DNA from: Phoronis australis
Taxonomy: Eukaryota; Animalia; Phoronida
DNA: 64,000 nt
Direction of reading: 5' to 3'
Assembly (NCBI GenBank): GCA_002633005.1
Contig: NMRA01000244.1
Coordinates: 302,346 to 366,345, forward strand
Both the position numbers and the translations under genes were made by a program. The notes under the pieces are model-generated. The model made no database searches. It had not been told where the DNA came from and saw only the letters and a program-made list of their open reading frames with translations. This document shows, piece by piece, positions 1 to 31,021 of the stretch (position 1 is the first letter of the stretch; every line of letters begins with the position of its first letter).

Positions 1-13
1 TCATTCACTTTAC

Positions 14-17919
<17,906 letters not shown>

Positions 17920-18881
17920 CTTCTTTTCTGACCCACAATGCTGGGGGTAAATTTTCTCAGTTCCCGGATGACAAACAAATTCCACACGATCACGTGGTTT
18001 TTTACGTACATTATTTTGAAAATCTATCATTTCTTTTTTGTGAACGTTAAAAAATATTGAAAGCATTTAGTTTATTTGGTATATATTTGAGTATTTTTAA
18101 CAAATTTATTATTAACATGCGGGCCGTTCTACGGTCCCGGATGTCACTTTGTTGTCGTTTCGACCGCCAGGAGACGTTGTAGTTTCTATTGTGTTTACTG
18201 CTGTGCAGTGTGAATCGCTCAAATTATTGGACTGGCAGGCCAACTGCCCTTGTTTCATGTGATTTCTTAATTTCTCATTGGTTTGGAGTCATCGCTCAGC
18301 TGTGTTCTCCCGACCCACACTTCAAAGCAGCCTCTGTCACTCGACATAGCCTTGGTGCAAGGCTGTATAAATTTTGACGTTAGTCTTCATTATTCATATC
18401 ATACGTAGAGCTGACTGGCTACTGATTGATGGAGGTCTCGGACTTAGTTGTTACGGTGGAGCTGCTAGAGTCGTGTAAGTGACTACCTTGAGTGTTGGAA
18501 AAAGAAATGTACAATCAGAATTAAAAAAACCTGTCTTCATATTAAAACACTTGTAAAGTTGTAGAATTCTATAAAATACAAAAAGCTGCCATCCAAAGTG
18601 GCACAGTGTCAGTGTGGAGCTGTATAGTCATAGTGTAAACCAACCAGTCTCTTACTGGTTCCTAGTGTAAACGTAGTTCATGTTCATGTTCATGTTACCA
18701 TACCACTTTCAAAGTAGTTTTGTCATTTTTGTTTTGCTCTTATTTCAGAAATGAGTGACCTAGCTGATGCTACGAAGTGCACTAAAGTGAACCGTGACTG
18801 ACTCACAAGTGTTTATCTGTGCTGTTGAGCTGTGTTTTGCTTTCACTATCACTGAAGAAAGTGCGAACACGACTTGGAATC

Positions 18882-19676
18882 ATGGTGGATGTTATGTATA
18901 CATCTCTCATTCATGTCATGTTGGGGTCGATATGGACTGTTCCTTTGGTATTTTTGGGACTTTTTAAAGATGTATTTACTGAAAATGGATTCGAGCACTA
19001 TGCTGAAGTACCACAAATCATTTCACTGTATAAACATCCTCTGATGTTGGGCAACACATTTGTCAACTTTGGTTACGTGGCAGTTGGATTTGCGTGGCTT
19101 TACAACACAAGATATCTGCTTCAAAACAATATTCTCCGAAGTAGCATTGACGCTTATGTGTTTTCCTGTTTTAGTTGGATGTCAGTTCTCTACGGCTTCG
19201 TTCAGTTATTCAGAATTGTTACTCAGTGGCACGAGTTTGCCGTGTTAGATCAGTGGTTCACTTTACCCATATTTATGTGGGCCTATGTGTCATGTGATTA
19301 CATCAAGCATGGTTGGGACACTAGACGTGTGGTTGTGCTAATGGCTGTCTCGTTTTTCAGTTACTTAGTGACTTTAGCATCACGCTATGGTTTTGAGCTC
19401 GCTCTTTGCTTGCACATTATCTTAGTTCTACAGTCCGTCACTCAACTAACACTCAGCTATAGAAGCTACCATGTGCAACTAACCTATGCATTGCTTCTGA
19501 TGTCATGCACTGGTTTTGTTATATTAAAACTTGTCGATCTAGAACTACCTCGGATTCACAAGTTATTCTCTGTTGTAAGTGGACATTTCTTGTCAAAGAT
19601 AGCAGATATCCTGCAAATTCACTTTGGAATGAAATATTTTATCTATGTTGTTTTGGCTAAGCATAAAGAAGACTAG
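18882..19676 (+). CDS. TMEM187: Transmembrane protein 187 (264 aa, single coding exon)
   Basis: Multi-pass hydrophobic ORF (track 18819..19676, first ATG 18882) with GFEHYAE, AVLDQWFTLPIFMW, GFVILKLVD, SGHFLSKIAD motifs matching recalled human TMEM187; 5'UTR intron 18475-18748. Confidence 0.92.
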   Translation: MVDVMYTSLIHVMLGSIWTVPLVFLGLFKDVFTENGFEHYAEVPQIISLYKHPLMLGNTFVNFGYVAVGFAWLYNTRYLLQNNILRSSIDAYVFSCFSWMSVLYGFVQLFRIVTQWHEFAVLDQWFTLPIFMWAYVSCDYIKHGWDTRRVVVLMAVSFFSYLVTLASRYGFELALCLHIILVLQSVTQLTLSYRSYHVQLTYALLLMSCTGFVILKLVDLELPRIHKLFSVVSGHFLSKIADILQIHFGMKYFIYVVLAKHKED

Positions 19677-20799
19677 AAAGATTGGCATGATACATTTTAA
19701 GATGAATTACTTTTTAACATTTCACAAAAAGCGTACTTTAATTATGAAGTAAAACACTGCAAATGAAGTTTCTGACAACCCATACTCATGCAATTGTAAA
19801 CAAAGTTGGGCTGACCGTTTTTCCAAACGAATTGTGTTTACAGTTTTAGAATATTTATTCATCTTGGAATTTTCTTAGTTTTGTGGCTAGTTTGTTGCTA
19901 ATTATACACTTCTCAGTGTTTTTTACATTTATTTTAGTAAAATGTATGGTGGCAGTATGGAGTTGTAGAGCAGCCTCTAAGTCTAAAGGTCTCTTGTCTT
20001 GTGTGATATATTTTATGTATATCTACTTTATCTTGTGTCAAGTCGCATTGTTTGTAATAACTCATTTTTTATTTTAAACTCTACAATTGTCTTTAATTTG
20101 TCTGTGTTCATAGAATTTGTACTACATTACATTGCCAAGATCAACCTTGATGGTCATGTAGTTTAAATTAAATAAAAAATATTTACTTGCAATCTTTCTA
20201 TGGCTTTACTGATACCATGTATTTGTAAACATGTACGGCAAAAATTGTCTGATTGGGGACAGTGAAAAATTAATTATTTTGCTCAAGGTCCGATCTTGTC
20301 CCAAATTCTAGAAAAAGGCAATACTGGCTGTCCCAAATTCATGAATCATTAGAAAAACGGCAAAATTACCCCCTCTGTTGGTTGAAAACTCACGTGTATG
20401 TCACTGTTTATTTTGCTACGTATATTATCTTCATGCCACTTATAGCCCGATGATGAGACAGGCGGTCTCGAAATATAGCTAGCGGTTTAATTTGTTTGTT
20501 TGTTATGTTTCTTGGTGTTTTCTTCCAACACTACGAGAGACTGCCGTGTCAAGCTTTCAAACAAAAAGTTTAGTTGTGTTTTCAACGATGTTTGTGCTAA
20601 GGAAGGACTGCTTCCGAACTACACTGATATATTGCGTACACGTCAACCAATACGGAAATTACGTATGTTCAGTGCTGCGTGTTTTTGCCGTTTCTGTAGT
20701 GCTACGGCGTAGCGTCAAAAGTCTACGCATTTTCGGTAATTACTCATTTTTGACGATGTTCTTCATAAATGGCTCCTACTGGCAATTATCTCTTCTTAA

Positions 20800-21311
20800 A
20801 TAACGAGTCTTGTTCGACAGGGCGGAAAGAAGTTACCAAGGAGCATAAAAACACTCTGTTACAAGCTCTTATAAGTAAGTATACACATGCAACGCATTTA
20901 GACACTTGACCATGTTTTGACCGTTTTCATCACTGCTATGGTTTAATGCTGTTTTTTTACAACATTTGCTATGGCTAGAGCAAAAACTAGCTGTCATGAC
21001 ATGTATGATGTTGAGAGGCGACCTTCACTGCTTGATTGCTATGATGTCATTTTGCATGACAATTAACATTGTAATATCAAAACATGATTTTCATGCACTT
21101 GCGAAACCCTGAGTTGAAAAATATTGCATGAGCGTATATGAGGTTTCATTTTCGGTGTTGGTATCACAGTGGAATTAAATACTACTGGCACGCTTTGTTC
21201 TTTCACAGTATATCTTTACTTTTCGAGTATCAAGAGTATAATAGTTTTGAAGATGCTAGGCTAAATGTACCGACATGCCGACCTGTGAGCTCTCGTTTAT
21301 TCACTGACAAA
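20800..21311. repeat. Interspersed repeat copy (non-coding end of a pogo-like element family)
   Basis: Aligns by eye with 28020-28577 (CGACAGGGCG..AAAGAAGTTAC..AAGGAG..ATAAAAACACTC) and 15706-15971. Confidence 0.8.
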
Positions 21312-21690
21312 ACTGGGTTGATAACTAGCATACACTAACTGAATTCGGCACCACGAATTATAAAGACAATAAATCGTTGGTAGCCTGCAGACAGTTGTTA
21401 ATGAAAGCAATCCCACAAGTTTATTTGATTAAACATCAAAATTTAGCTCTAACCACGCACAGCTTCAGCTTTCACACGATGTTGACGCGCTGTCACTAAC
21501 AATGGTTTTGTGGAATGCGGAATCCTGCAGTGGGAAATCCCTTGTGCGGACCAACCTGGTTCCCGGGCCTCGCACGCTGACGTAACGGATAGTTCGAGGG
21601 TCTGTGTCAAAGATTTGTCTGTGTAGGAGACCAGTGCTGTAAATGCTTTTCTCCCATTGTGGCACACAAAATCAGAACTGACAAATATAG

Positions 21691-24600
21691 ATGGCCGACT
21701 TAGCTCGCGCTTTGGCCTCTCTTCTTGACACGTATTCTGGACGGAACTCTATTATACGAATAGTTAGCAATGGAGCTTCAGCCTTAGGTGGCATCGTGCG
21801 CGAAGAAACAAATACCAAGCTTCAGACCATAAGTCAACAACTGATGGCTGCACAAACTATCCTCAGATTGTTTGACGATGTTCCCATGTTCTTGTACAAC
21901 CTGAGATATCAGTTTGGACACCAGGTAATTCACTTAGTTCCACCGTAGACTGTAATAGAATTATCAAGTATCTAGTACTTGATGGTGCTGTACGATTGCA
22001 GCTCAGTGATCCGCGACAAACTGATTGGCACAGTTCTGAAGTGGCACCAAACTGAAGCTAAGGCAATGTCCCAAATTATTGCAAGTGGTTTATAGGGTTT
22101 CTCGACGATTATCAGAGAGATATCGGCGACAATGAGTGCAGGGAGGAGCGTAATAGTTTCTGAGGATACTCCCTCATGTTTTAATCCACATGACCTGCAT
22201 ATTAGAGTACTCATAGTCGTAAATTCTGGTTCTGATAAGTGTTAGAAATCCATAAACCGCTGGCAGTAATTTGGGAGCTTGTGGTAGCTTCAGTTTGACC
22301 AGGAATGCAGTTTGCCTCACTAACCCATGTGAGCCTAATCAGTTTGGCGTAGGCATCATCTTGGGCTGCTGCCCCTCCGGGGTCCAGTCAGCGAGAACAT
22401 TTTAGTACACTCGTAACTGAGCTGTGCCAGCCTGACCAACATTGGTCCTGGTACTCTTATAAGACATACGAGTTTAAATGTGATGACTGAATTATAAAGA
22501 TATCAAACGTATGATTTGAAAACAAGGTTAAATCACTAAGGTTGTTGTTAGTGGCCTGCTTCTTAAAGATTTTGGTAAACAGTCATGAGTTACTGGCCAG
22601 ATGTTGCGGCCTCTGATTTATCACTGAATAATGGATTCTCTGAATTAGGTAACTTTCCAATATGCTGTATAAACTGACGTCACCCATCCCTTTATTGAAC
22701 AAGAGCAATGTTGAATGGTGACAATTGTAAGGAATTCTATATAGGACTCACACATGCACACAGTGACCCCTCTGTGACAGGTTGAAAGAAAATCACACCT
22801 CAGAGAAAAATAACAGACTTATAGGCATTGCTATTAACTAATCACCAAGACAACTATGTTAGTATTATCTGCAGAGATCGGAGTTACTGTACAGTGGCGG
22901 ATCTAGGATAGCACAACGGGGGGGCNAACCTCCCTCCCACCCAGGAAATTTTTCTGTTTTTTCCTCTAAAAATCAAGCATTTTCCTTGATTCCTGAAGTA
23001 TTATCCAAGAAGAAAGGCAAAAAAAAAAACAGAGAACGTGCCAAACAGGAAAAACCGCACGTACCACAGACTCGAACTCGTGACGTGGCGCCGGGATAGA
23101 GCGCGCGTGGTTTACCACTACATCACCACGATTTAACTACTTAAAGGCGAAGGCAACCATTTTCATGTCATTTTTAGCAAAATTAAGGTTCGTTGATTAT
23201 CCCAGACCTATTTTTCACTTAATTACAGCTTTTCGTAATTTAATAAATTACTCGTTCTCTGCTCCGGAAGTGCCATTTTGGAAGGCAAGAATTATGCGCC
23301 AATTTGGTTCTGCTTTGAGTTTACAGTGAGAATCTACTACATTTGTTTTCTTGTTGTTTTTCTCAAATTGACGAGTATTCTACGACAAGCTAGGTTGTTA
23401 GAGAAATCAAATTACGTTGGATTTAGGGATTGTTTAGTTTGTAGTAACCTTGAAAATGGCTGGAGTCGGCATGCATCCCATACCACAGTGACAGTATAGT
23501 GAGACATTGTTCATAGCAGTGGTAACGAGGAATTTTTTCACGGACAGTCAGTGGGTGGGTATATGTTTTGAGGCCGAGTATAACGAGACAGAGTACGCAC
23601 AGGCACAACTTGCCCGAGTGTCCTGCGACACACTCCCACTGGATGGTGACCTGAGCACCCAAACTGCTTACATCCTGCCGTTGTGACTCCCTTGCCACAC
23701 ACCTGGCACCGTCGAAATAGCTCCAATACTTTAGACAAGTCCACAATTAAAGTACCAAAGTTTGACTCGCCGATCTGTTCATTGCCTAACTGTCCTCGTC
23801 ACTGTGTGTCGAACTGGGCCTGCATTCAACATCGCTGCTGGGCTGCTTACAGGCTCTGGGCTAGAGACAACAGCACAGGGCGAATCACAGCTAGTTCCGG
23901 AATTGCACGCTGTGGAGGTACGTTCGGAGGCACGGGTGACAGTAGATGAAGTGCCTCCAGTCACTGTAGTGGCCGCAGCTCGCGAGGCTTCTCGCTTCAA
24001 AAACGCACTTCAATTGGGGGCGGCGACGGGGCACTGCCGGGAATCAACAGCGACGGTATGGCACCCTTCTTTAGGCGTTGTTTCGAAGGAACCTTCATCA
24101 ATTAAGCGTACATATCTCTCTCGTCATCTGACGGCAGAAAATGCTTGCCACACACTCGGCAACTCTCCACTGCTTTGAACTTTGCGTTGACTGGTAATGC
24201 TGCGTTCTTCACACGAGCCAAATAAAGTGAAGTGTGTCATCGTTCGGAAAGCGATGCAAAGGTACATTTAAAACGCGCGTGAGATGATAATGAGTACACC
24301 CTGGTACACAGCAACAGTGTGGCATGTTGACTGACTCGTAAACAAAAGCAAACAACGAAAGAAGTTGTCACAACCGAGGTAGAACGATGACAGACTCGAC
24401 AGCTCTCACAGTCTGAGTCATACTACATGAAAAGAAATTAATTGGCGCGAAATTCTTGCCTCCCAAAACGTCACATTCGCAGTAGAGGACGAGTAATTTA
24501 TTAAATTACGAAAAGCTGTAATTAAGTGAAAAATATGCTTGAGATCATCAACGCACCTTATTTTTGCTAAAAATGACTTGAAAAAGGGTTGCCTTCGCCT

Positions 24601-27600
24601 TTAACTTGTGCTAAGAGACCTACTTGTTTATGGTCCACAGCGTTTGCGCGCGAAATCTACTTCTTTTTTTAATGCTTATTACACGTTTTATATTTTGTGC
24701 AATAGGTTCTTAACAAATTTGTTGTATTTAAAATAGTCTTCAAATGCCCAAAAGACCAAATCCGTTTTTCGTGTTGGCAATAATGACGGGATTGCTTTGG
24801 AAATCGCCTTAAGTTAAGGTTTGACATAGAGAGAATTATGAGTTTCTGAGTTGATTCACCAATGCTTCGATTAAAATTCACATCTTACCAGCAGTTTCTG
24901 TTTTTTTATCGTCACTCAGTTAGTTAAAAAATGAAGTAAATTTTCTTCAATGCGCAGTGGAGCAGACGACAGAAACGGAGTCGTAGTGCGCAGCGCCATT
25001 GCCGGTCGCCTGGGATATCGCGGGAGAGCTTATACTTAGCCAGGATTGCGTTACGAATGCGTCGTGTTCCGAACATGACATTTGAAATTGGATCTGAACC
25101 CCTCCCCCCTCCAAACACCAAAACTGTACACATTTAAATCTTGTTTCATCCGTATAATTTTAATTACCGGGGTTAATTAATAAACTCAACATTTCCCTAC
25201 GCTCTTGCTGTTTAATTTTTTGCGGCAGCTAAGGGGGGGGCTGCCCCCCCTAAATCCGCCTATGCTGTACATTAAAGAGTCATTGGCCATCAGAACCAGC
25301 ATGCCACTGATTCTCAGAATGACATGCAGAGCTCAGTGACCCTGCTCGCTGGTTCCCTGCGTGCCTCTAGGTGGGCTAAGCACGCAGGGAACCAGCGAGA
25401 GTGACCCTGCAACTATGGTGATGGCCAGCTACTGACTATATTCTATGTATCTCTCACTTCACTCTATGGATGTTACCTGAGCTGTATGTTGGCACTTGCT
25501 ATCCTAAATTGATGTAAATATGATCCGGGTGATAGCTAATGAAAAGACAAAACGTTGAATTGAACATGAACTTTTGTATTTGTGCGGCGATCGTCCGGTT
25601 TTTAATCTTATTGTGGCCAAAAACTGATTTCATGTTATACAGTGACACAACAGTTGGTAGATACAACGTTCTGCAGTGCTATAACACTTAATAGGTACCA
25701 TGTTATATAGTGACATAACACTTGGTATGTCATACAGTGACATAACACTTGGTAAGTACCATGTTATACAGTGACATAATTCTCGGCAGATACTATGTTA
25801 TAGTGACATAACACTTGTTAGATACCATGTTATACAGTGACATAACACTTGGTAGATACCATGTTATCCAGTAACATAACACTTGGTAGATACCATATTA
25901 TACAGTAACATAACACTTGGTAGATACCATGCTATACAGTGACATAATACTTAGTAGATACCATGCTATGGCAGTGACATAACACTTGGTAGATACCATG
26001 TTATACAGTGACATAACACTGTTAGATACCATGTGATACAGTGACATAACACTTGGTAGATATTGTGGTCACTTTAAGCCAAGGAGAGTTAATAAGATGA
26101 CTTTCCTTTCAGTATGCTTGCCTCAGTTGCCCTTAAAGCCTAACTTCAGTCGAATTTTTTTATTTTAGATTATTGGGCTAACCAGATAGTCTTAGCAATG
26201 CCTTAGTAAAATAAGAAAATGCGAGTTCAATCACACAAATGTAAGCCCGTCAAATGATAAGTGAAGCTGCCATGTTACGTCACCGCGAGATCCCAGCACA
26301 AACAAAATGCATATAACGGTTGTATGGAATCGGCGTCTGAATAGAACACCATTGCGTGCAGGTTTATTCGCAGCTGTTTGAATTAAATGGTGATTCTCGC
26401 GGTGACGTAGACAAAAGCAAGCCAACTAAATACTTCTAACAGTTTGTTACATTTGGCAATTTATGGCACTTAACACACTGCAGGAACCAAACAGACAAAC
26501 CTTTTATTGGCAACATAGAAACATATGAGAAAAAACAACGTTTCGATATGACTCGAACGCGAGCCACCGTCTTCTTAAATCTGTGCTAACAGACCACCAC
26601 AGACATAACAAACCAGCACAAAGATAAAATGGATCAGTCAGCAAAACATGTACTTGTGTTGCAAACTTAAACTGCCCTGTTTTATGTATGTTAATCAGTG
26701 TCCCTTTCGGAATCACAATTATGACAAACACAGGACATTACCCTCGCTGCTCCTCGGTGCATTCCGTGTGGGCCCATCGTTTACAACAAACACACTTGAG
26801 CCATTTCTAACCAGATTTGCTCATTTTGTCCAAGCATACTAGACAAAACGTAGCGTCAGCTTCGCTATCTGACGAACTGACATTTTCGTGGCGTTTTCTC
26901 TGCCTGGCTTTGGGCTTTTTCTGGACTTTCTTCATCTTTTTACTAAGTTTCTTTCGTCGCGCACCGGCTCTTATTTCCATTCGCTTTCGTACAGGCTGCT
27001 GGTTAGTATTCGTGACTGAGTCGCCGAATGACGCGAGCGATGCATTGTATATTCAATGCATTTGGTATTGGAGAAGCATCGAACACTCAACTGCGTTCTT
27101 TAAAGCTTCGTATCAAGATTTCCCGTAGATAAGCCAACCTGACGAAACGCCCATGGGAAATTATGCCGAATAAACGCCCATGGGCGATTATTTGGTGTTA
27201 CAACTTCTGGTGTCAAGTGTTCAGATAATGAGGGGGCTTATTCAAAGAATTTCTTCGCAAGAGCCTACTCAGCGGCAACTTTTTGTCTCAAATTCAGTTT
27301 TGTGGTACATTTATCAGTTACAATAAAACGAAAAAAGGTTGGCGAACTATGCATTTGTTAACATAAAATTTAAAAACACAATGTTAAGTAAAAATGTCAA
27401 AGTCAGCAAAGCTACGACTTTCCGTTTACAAGCACCCCTTTTCCAAATAAACGCCTGGGCGTTTATTTGACGTTACTAAAACACCTGAAAATTTTCATTT
27501 TCCGAATACACGCCTATGGGCTTATCTGCGGAAAATCCCGGTAGTGGCCAGCATCACCGTTGCTGGTAAACTGAGGTCTGGATGTTATAAAGCTGTAGTA

Positions 27601-30600
27601 CCAGGTTTCATTGGCAGACTGTTTCGTTTCGCTAACTTTATGGATGACATGGGGTTTTGCCAATAGATATGCAAGTTTCATAAGATCTTTTGGTGTGATA
27701 CCAAAGAAAAGATTGGCAAGACCTTTTATACGTTTCACCAAATTATCTTTTACTTCTATAGGCAAAACTCTGGGATCTCCAATTTTTGGTATCATGCTTT
27801 GTGTACATGTACTTACTCAGTCCTATGCGGTGACAGCAGCGGCAAATAGATGACTGTGGGATACCAAATAGCTCGGAAAAAGCGTTAAATCCCAATCCTT
27901 CGTCCATAGCTTTGAGACAGTTGTGCATATCTTCCGATGTCTACGACGATGTTCTTATAAATTTTCGAACCTTCGCTTTGGCTTTTACTGGCAATTATCT
28001 CTTTTGTGAAAATAAATTAAATCACGAGACTTGCTCGGCGACAGGGCGAAAGAAGTTACTAAGGAGTATAAAAACACTCACAGTTACAAGCTCTTATAGG
28101 TAAGTATGTACATGCAACACATTTAAACACTTGACCATGTTTTGACTGTTTTCGTCACTGCTATGGTTTGCTATATTTTTTTTTTAAATTGCTATGGTTA
28201 GAGCAAAAACTAGTTGTCATGACATGTATAACATTGAAAGGCAACCTCCATTATTTGATTGCCATTAATGTCACTTCGCATATGCTCTGAGCGGCGTCCT
28301 GGTAAGAATAGCAATCATTAATCCTGGACAAAGTTTAACATTGTTCTATCAAAACATAATTTTCATGGACTTGCGAAACCCTGAGTTGAAAAATATTACA
28401 TGAGCGTTTTTGCGGTTTTATTTTCGGTGTTGATATCACACTGGTATAAGGTCGGAATTAAATAATACTGGCACGCTTTCTAGTCTTTCACAGAGTCAAG
28501 TGCATAATAGTTTTGAAGATATTTAGCTAAATGTACCGACATACCACCCTGTGAGCTTTCGTTTATTCACTGACAAAAGCGGATTGATAACTCATAGGCG
28601 GATTTAGGGGGGGCCCAGGGGGCCCGGGCCCCCCCCCCTTGGCTGCCGAAAAAAAATAAAACAGTAAGAGCGAAGGGAAATAAATGTTGAGTTTATTAAT
28701 TAACCCCGGTAATTAAAAGTATACGGATGAAAAAAGATTTAAATGCGTGCAGTTTTANNNNNNNNNNNNNNNNNNNNNNNNNNNNNNNNNNNNNNNNNNN
28801 NNNNNNNNNNNNNNNNNNNNNNNNNNNNNNNNNNNNNNNNNNNNNNNNNNNNNNNNNNNNNNNNNNNNNNNNNNNNNNNNNNNNNNNNNNNNNNNNNNNN
28901 NNNNNNNNNNNNNNNNNNNNNNNNNNNNNNNNNNNNNNNNNNNNNNNNNNNNNNNNNNNNNNNNNNNNNNNNNNNNNNNNNNNNNNNNNNNNNNNNNNNN
29001 NNNNNNNNNNNNNNNNNNNNNNNNNNNNNNNNNNNNNNNNNNNNNNNNNNNNNNNNNNNNNNNNNNNNNNNNNNNNNNNNNNNNNNNNNNNNNNNNNNNN
29101 NNNNNNNNNNNNNNNNNNNNNNNNNNNNNNNNNNNNNNNNNNNNNNNNNNNNNNNNNNNNNNNNNNNNNNNNNNNNNNNNNNNNNNNNNNNNNNNNNNNN
29201 NNNNNNNNNNNNNNNNNNNNNNNNNNNNNNNNNNNNNNNNNNNNNNNNNNNNNNNNNNNNNNNNNNNNNNNNNNNNNNNNNNNNNNNNNNNNNNNNNNNN
29301 NNNNNNNNNNNNNNNNNNNNNNNNNNNNNNNNNNNNNNNNNACCTACCGGCGAACTTTGAAAGCTGAAGTTCCCGCCCTTCGCGTACGTGCTGCCGGGAA
29401 CCAGCCGTGCATTTGCCGTGTTGTTAAACATTAAAATGTCAAATATGTGCAAAAAGACTATTAAATGTCATATCAACAGCATTTGTTTTTATCAAATACA
29501 AACAATGATTCATTGAAATACAATCAGTTTCAAGTAACGCCAATTAAAGACAAGTATAAGTGGTGGCATTTTGGAAACGAACATTTGACTGCCAAGACCG
29601 CAATGGCTCACCTTTGGCCTATTTAAAGATTGAGGTCATGAATTGGAGCATGCGCAGTATAAAAAAGTTGAGTTCACGATTTTGGGAACTGAAATAGGGA
29701 CTGCTCGAAGAAAAAGTTTCATAACGGGAGTATTTGTTCGAGTTGGAAGGAATTAAACACACCAACAACCTCCTAAGGTGTTCCTCTATGCGCAAAAGGT
29801 ATTTGTAACAACGTGACTTTGATGGTTTAGTCGGTGCGAGGCATAATTCGCCGAAAAGCTTCCGGCGTACAGAGCGCCTATAGCCTCTACATCGCCTCTG
29901 CTTCGGGCCAACAGAGGCGATGGTCATTGCCTAGGGCATGACGTGACATTCCGTTGCTCCCAACTTGTTCGATTCTATAGCCCAACTACAAGTTGGGAAG
30001 TTTACCCCCATAACCAATATCTTACACGACTGATTAACTCCATTCTGGCATTTATGGTTGGAGGGCCTGCACTCTTTTGTTCGATAATTGCTCTAATCTC
30101 TGATCAGATCCTATCTAGCCTGACTGGGCTGGGCTTAGAAAAATGAAACTTAAGTTATAACATATTATTTGAGCTTAAACCAACAGCATTTCTGAATTCC
30201 TTGTCAAATTCTGATCATGTTCTGTTTTTGAATCACCAAAATCGCCCAACTACAACAAAATTTAAGACAATCTATTCTGTCCAAACGGATTACCAAACGC
30301 TCTGGGTTTGACTGTGTTCTTATGCGTTCGGTAATAGCGTGCAACAACCTTTGAAGCCTGGGAGATAATTGGCCTGCTTGTTATCATATGGGATAAAAGA
30401 CTGAGCTGGGCAGTTGACCAAAGATTCAGATGTTATCGCACATTCAGCACCCCTCACATGTGGAAAAGTTATTGAACGACAGAACGCTATAATGCAAACT
30501 GATTTGGCACAGTTCTGGTTGGTGAGACAAACTAATGCCTGCACCAAACTAAAGCTTCGGTAATTTCCCAAATCATTGCTAGTGGTTTATAAGGTTTCTC

Positions 30601-30975
30601 AACGATTATCAGAACTGCAGGAATCGACTGCAGTGAGTGCTGGGAGACGGGCCTTTATCCAGGATTTCGAAAATAGGGTGTTCAAAATTTGGTTCCCAAT
30701 ATTCCAGGGCGTCCATGATTCCGACGCGTAACCCCCCACCCCCAGCAATCCCCCCAAACCACAGATATTTTTACAGAAAAATGCATAGACCAAGTTTTTT
30801 ACATCTAAGTTTACAAAACAGCCTTCTGTAGTGAGCATTTTTACTAAAAAAAATGTGTAGACCAAGACTTTTATAATGGTATCAACCAAGTGTGAGCATA
30901 GCAACATTGTATACATACTTTGTATATACATTGTATATTTCTTCCTGCTTTGAAAAAACAGCCCCCATCCTGAGT

Positions 30976-31021
<46 letters not shown>

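Larger units (their letters stand above)
22892..25264. mobile_element. Non-autonomous hAT-like element with 5-bp TSD, carrying a nested Kolobok
   Basis: Termini CAGTGGCGGATCTAGG ... CCTAAATCCGCCTATG; CTGTA at 22887-22891 and 25265-25269; right end matches 28593-28757 in reverse complement. Confidence 0.78.

Noticed and set aside
18819-18881. N-terminal extension of TMEM187 from the ORF track
   Set aside because: Begins at GTG; first ATG at 18882 gives a length matching known TMEM187 proteins.
25631-26060. Regular 34-bp repeats resembling a CRISPR array
   Set aside because: Head-to-tail units with no unique spacers, no cas genes, eukaryotic intron; same for 14567-15190 and 11670-11975.
28727-29452. 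Four ORFs of 205-237 aa
   Set aside because: Artefacts of the N gap.
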